A stretch of 64,000 nt of DNA. It comes from Carcharhinus longimanus. Taxonomy: Eukaryota. The notes beneath the pieces were generated by a model. The model saw nothing but the letters and a program-made list of their open reading frames with translations. It was not told the origin of the DNA and did not search any database. Made by a program: the position numbers and the translations under genes. Where the stretch lies: assembly GCA_030264375.1 (NCBI GenBank), contig JASCQW010000032.1, positions 58,500,236-58,564,235 of the forward strand, written 5' to 3'. This document shows positions 62,926 through 64,000 of the stretch, piece after piece (positions within the stretch are counted from its first letter, which is position 1; each line of letters opens with the position of its first letter).

Positions 62926-64000
62926 CTCATTGGATGACTGCCAGGAACAGCTTTATCAGCAGACATGATGATTCAAATAAATGGCAACAATTACTGACCT
63001 TGCCAATGACGCCGACAACCCCATGAAAGAATAAAGAAATTTAAAAGTACCGAACAGACATAATCTCACACTTCCCTCAACCAATAATGCTAGTCTACAA
63101 GCAGTCAATACAAGGCAACATTCAAGTGGAATAAAACTTAAGTACAATCATTATAAACAACTCCCCTGAATTAGATTACCTCAATCCAACACGTTTCACA
63201 TACCGAGTGGCCAGTAAAAAAAAAGACTAACTCGCTGCTGTTGCTGGTCACAGGAACAGGAATATGAGTCAGCTATTCAACCCTTCATGCCTGTTTTACC
63301 ACTCAGACCCTGGCTATTCTGTGATGAGCTTTTACTCATGAAGATGCTGTTTACTCCATCCTTCCCTATTCTTTAATTGCGCATGAAAGTGACAAATTGT
63401 ATTAATGATTGACAATGATTTCTTCCATCAAAGCAAAAATGGCAGATTCCATCCTAAAATTGGAGGTCCTGCCCCTAAACACAGCACCCACCATTTTCAC
63501 AGAAGCAGGAATGGGCCTGGGCCAGGGTTTGCATACGCGCATTTTATGGGTGCAGCTGCCCATATAATCAGCAGCTGCTTCCACTCAAGTTGGATTTTGG
63601 TCTTATGTTTAATCTGAAACACAATGTGCACACAGTAAAGCTGGTAGGAGCAGGCCTGAGGCAGTGGCAGCAGGCCTGAGATGGTAAGAGGGACATTGCC
63701 AAGGCTCAACTGTGAGGATGCATCCTGAGAGATGAGTGACAAGAGGGAAAGTGGATGGAATAATGACCATGGTGTTGTTCATCATTCATCCACTGAGTCT
63801 TGGAAATTAGCTAAATGACTGCAAAAAACCTGTACCAGGTAATGGTGGCAGGACAATGCCATCTCCATGGCTGTGTCTTGTGAATCCATTCCATGGTTTA
63901 AGTGCTTCAGCAATGTCCCAATGTCCCTTGTGAATAGACAACACCAATTGCAATTTTCTTTTGTTGGGAAAGCTCATGATGGGCCATCCATGCCAGGTTA

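Noticed and set aside
63420-64000. Possible Harbinger-derived coding remnant
   Set aside because: No recognisable protein motif could be read, and the region is truncated by the window edge.

Overview
Vertebrate genomic DNA. The repeat content (V-SINE/HE1-like SINEs, Deu-type SINEs, CR1, Rex1/Babar, RTE and Penelope-like elements) points to a shark or other elasmobranch; that is an inference. The window lies entirely inside one minus-strand gene, SLC12A8 (CCC9, cation-chloride cotransporter family). Five internal coding exons (61958-62189, 20081-20194, 16177-16264, 5352-5439, 315-461) have canonical GT-AG sites and matching phases, and splice into 669 nt (223 codons) with no stop. The rest is intron, including one of about 41.8 kb, filled with decayed LINEs, SINEs, MITEs and nine N-gaps. 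I see no new protein-coding system. The most interesting signals are non-coding: a Penelope-type minimal hammerhead ribozyme motif in the sense orientation of the pre-mRNA, an LF-SINE-like copy next to an exon acceptor, a Rex1 element with a datable templated inversion and nested insertions, one SINE body carrying two different tails, a 59-bp hAT element with a perfect 8-bp TSD, and a paired-octamer palindrome. Repeat family names come from recognition by eye rather than a database search, and repeat boundaries are approximate.
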